This document shows, in pieces, positions 63,646 to 64,000 of a stretch of 64,000 nucleotides of DNA; within the stretch, counting starts at the first letter, position 1, and every line of letters starts with the position of its first letter. This DNA is from Mobula birostris (Eukaryota), in the NCBI RefSeq assembly GCF_030028105.1, contig NC_092375.1:135001035-135065034 (forward strand), read 5' to 3'. The notes under the pieces are model-generated. The model was not told the origin of the DNA and made no database searches. It worked only from the letters and a program-made list of their open reading frames with translations. Position numbers and translations under genes: made by a program.

Positions 63646-64000
63646 GCACTAAGCATAGGAGTTGAGACATTATATTACAGTTGTATAAGCCATTAGCAAG
63701 GCAGCTTCTGGAGTGTCATGTACATGTTATAGAAGAGATACCATTAAGCCGGGAAGAGTGCAAAGAAGATTGATGAGAATGTTCTCAGAATTCGAGGGCC
63801 TGAGTTATAGAGGGAGGTTGGGGCAGGCTGGAATTTTATACCCTGGAGCCTAGGAGACTGAAGAGGCTGGCCTTATAGAGGTGTATAAAACTATAAGGGG
63901 CCTAGATAGGGTGAATGCATACAGTCTTTTTCCCCAAGGAATAGGTTAAGGTGCAAGGGGAGAGATTTAAAAAGGACCATGGGGAAATTTCTTCACGGAG

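Larger units (their letters stand above)
59125..64000 (+). mobile_element. Older CR1 (59125-59688 and 63320-64000) hosting younger insertions
   Basis: The RT reading resumes across the insert (IQV|SLLKVV). Confidence 0.75.

Noticed and set aside
1-64000. CRISPR arrays, operons, rRNA or true tRNA genes
   Set aside because: The window is vertebrate DNA with spliceosomal introns. No repeat-spacer arrays were seen, and tRNA-like boxes occur only in SINE heads.

Overview
Eukaryotic, repeat-rich vertebrate genomic DNA. The repeat complement (CR1, Rex1/Babar, RTE, Penelope-derived hairpins, V-SINEs) suggests a cartilaginous fish, probably a ray; this is inference. Two host loci are visible. (1) The last five coding exons of FASTKD2 on + (166-11094), with GT-AG sites and matching phases, ending in the RAP domain. 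(2) A convergent, decayed carboxypeptidase O (CPO) gene on - (18840-40619): frameshifts in two exons, a damaged splice acceptor, an in-frame loss of the catalytic Glu270 segment, and no visible zinc-ligand exons. Most of the remainder is nested transposable elements. These include a class III (ERV-L-like) retroviral pol split by Rex1 and SINE insertions, a CsRn1-clade Gypsy, two solo LTRs with TSDs, Academ, Tc1, hAT and Dong/R4 fragments, and a young tRNA-SINE. There is also a family of short Penelope-derived, often palindromic, TSD-flanked elements carrying minimal hammerhead ribozyme motifs, one copy of which has an intact core. All homology calls are by-eye translation compared with remembered family motifs; no searches were run, and most repeat boundaries are approximate.
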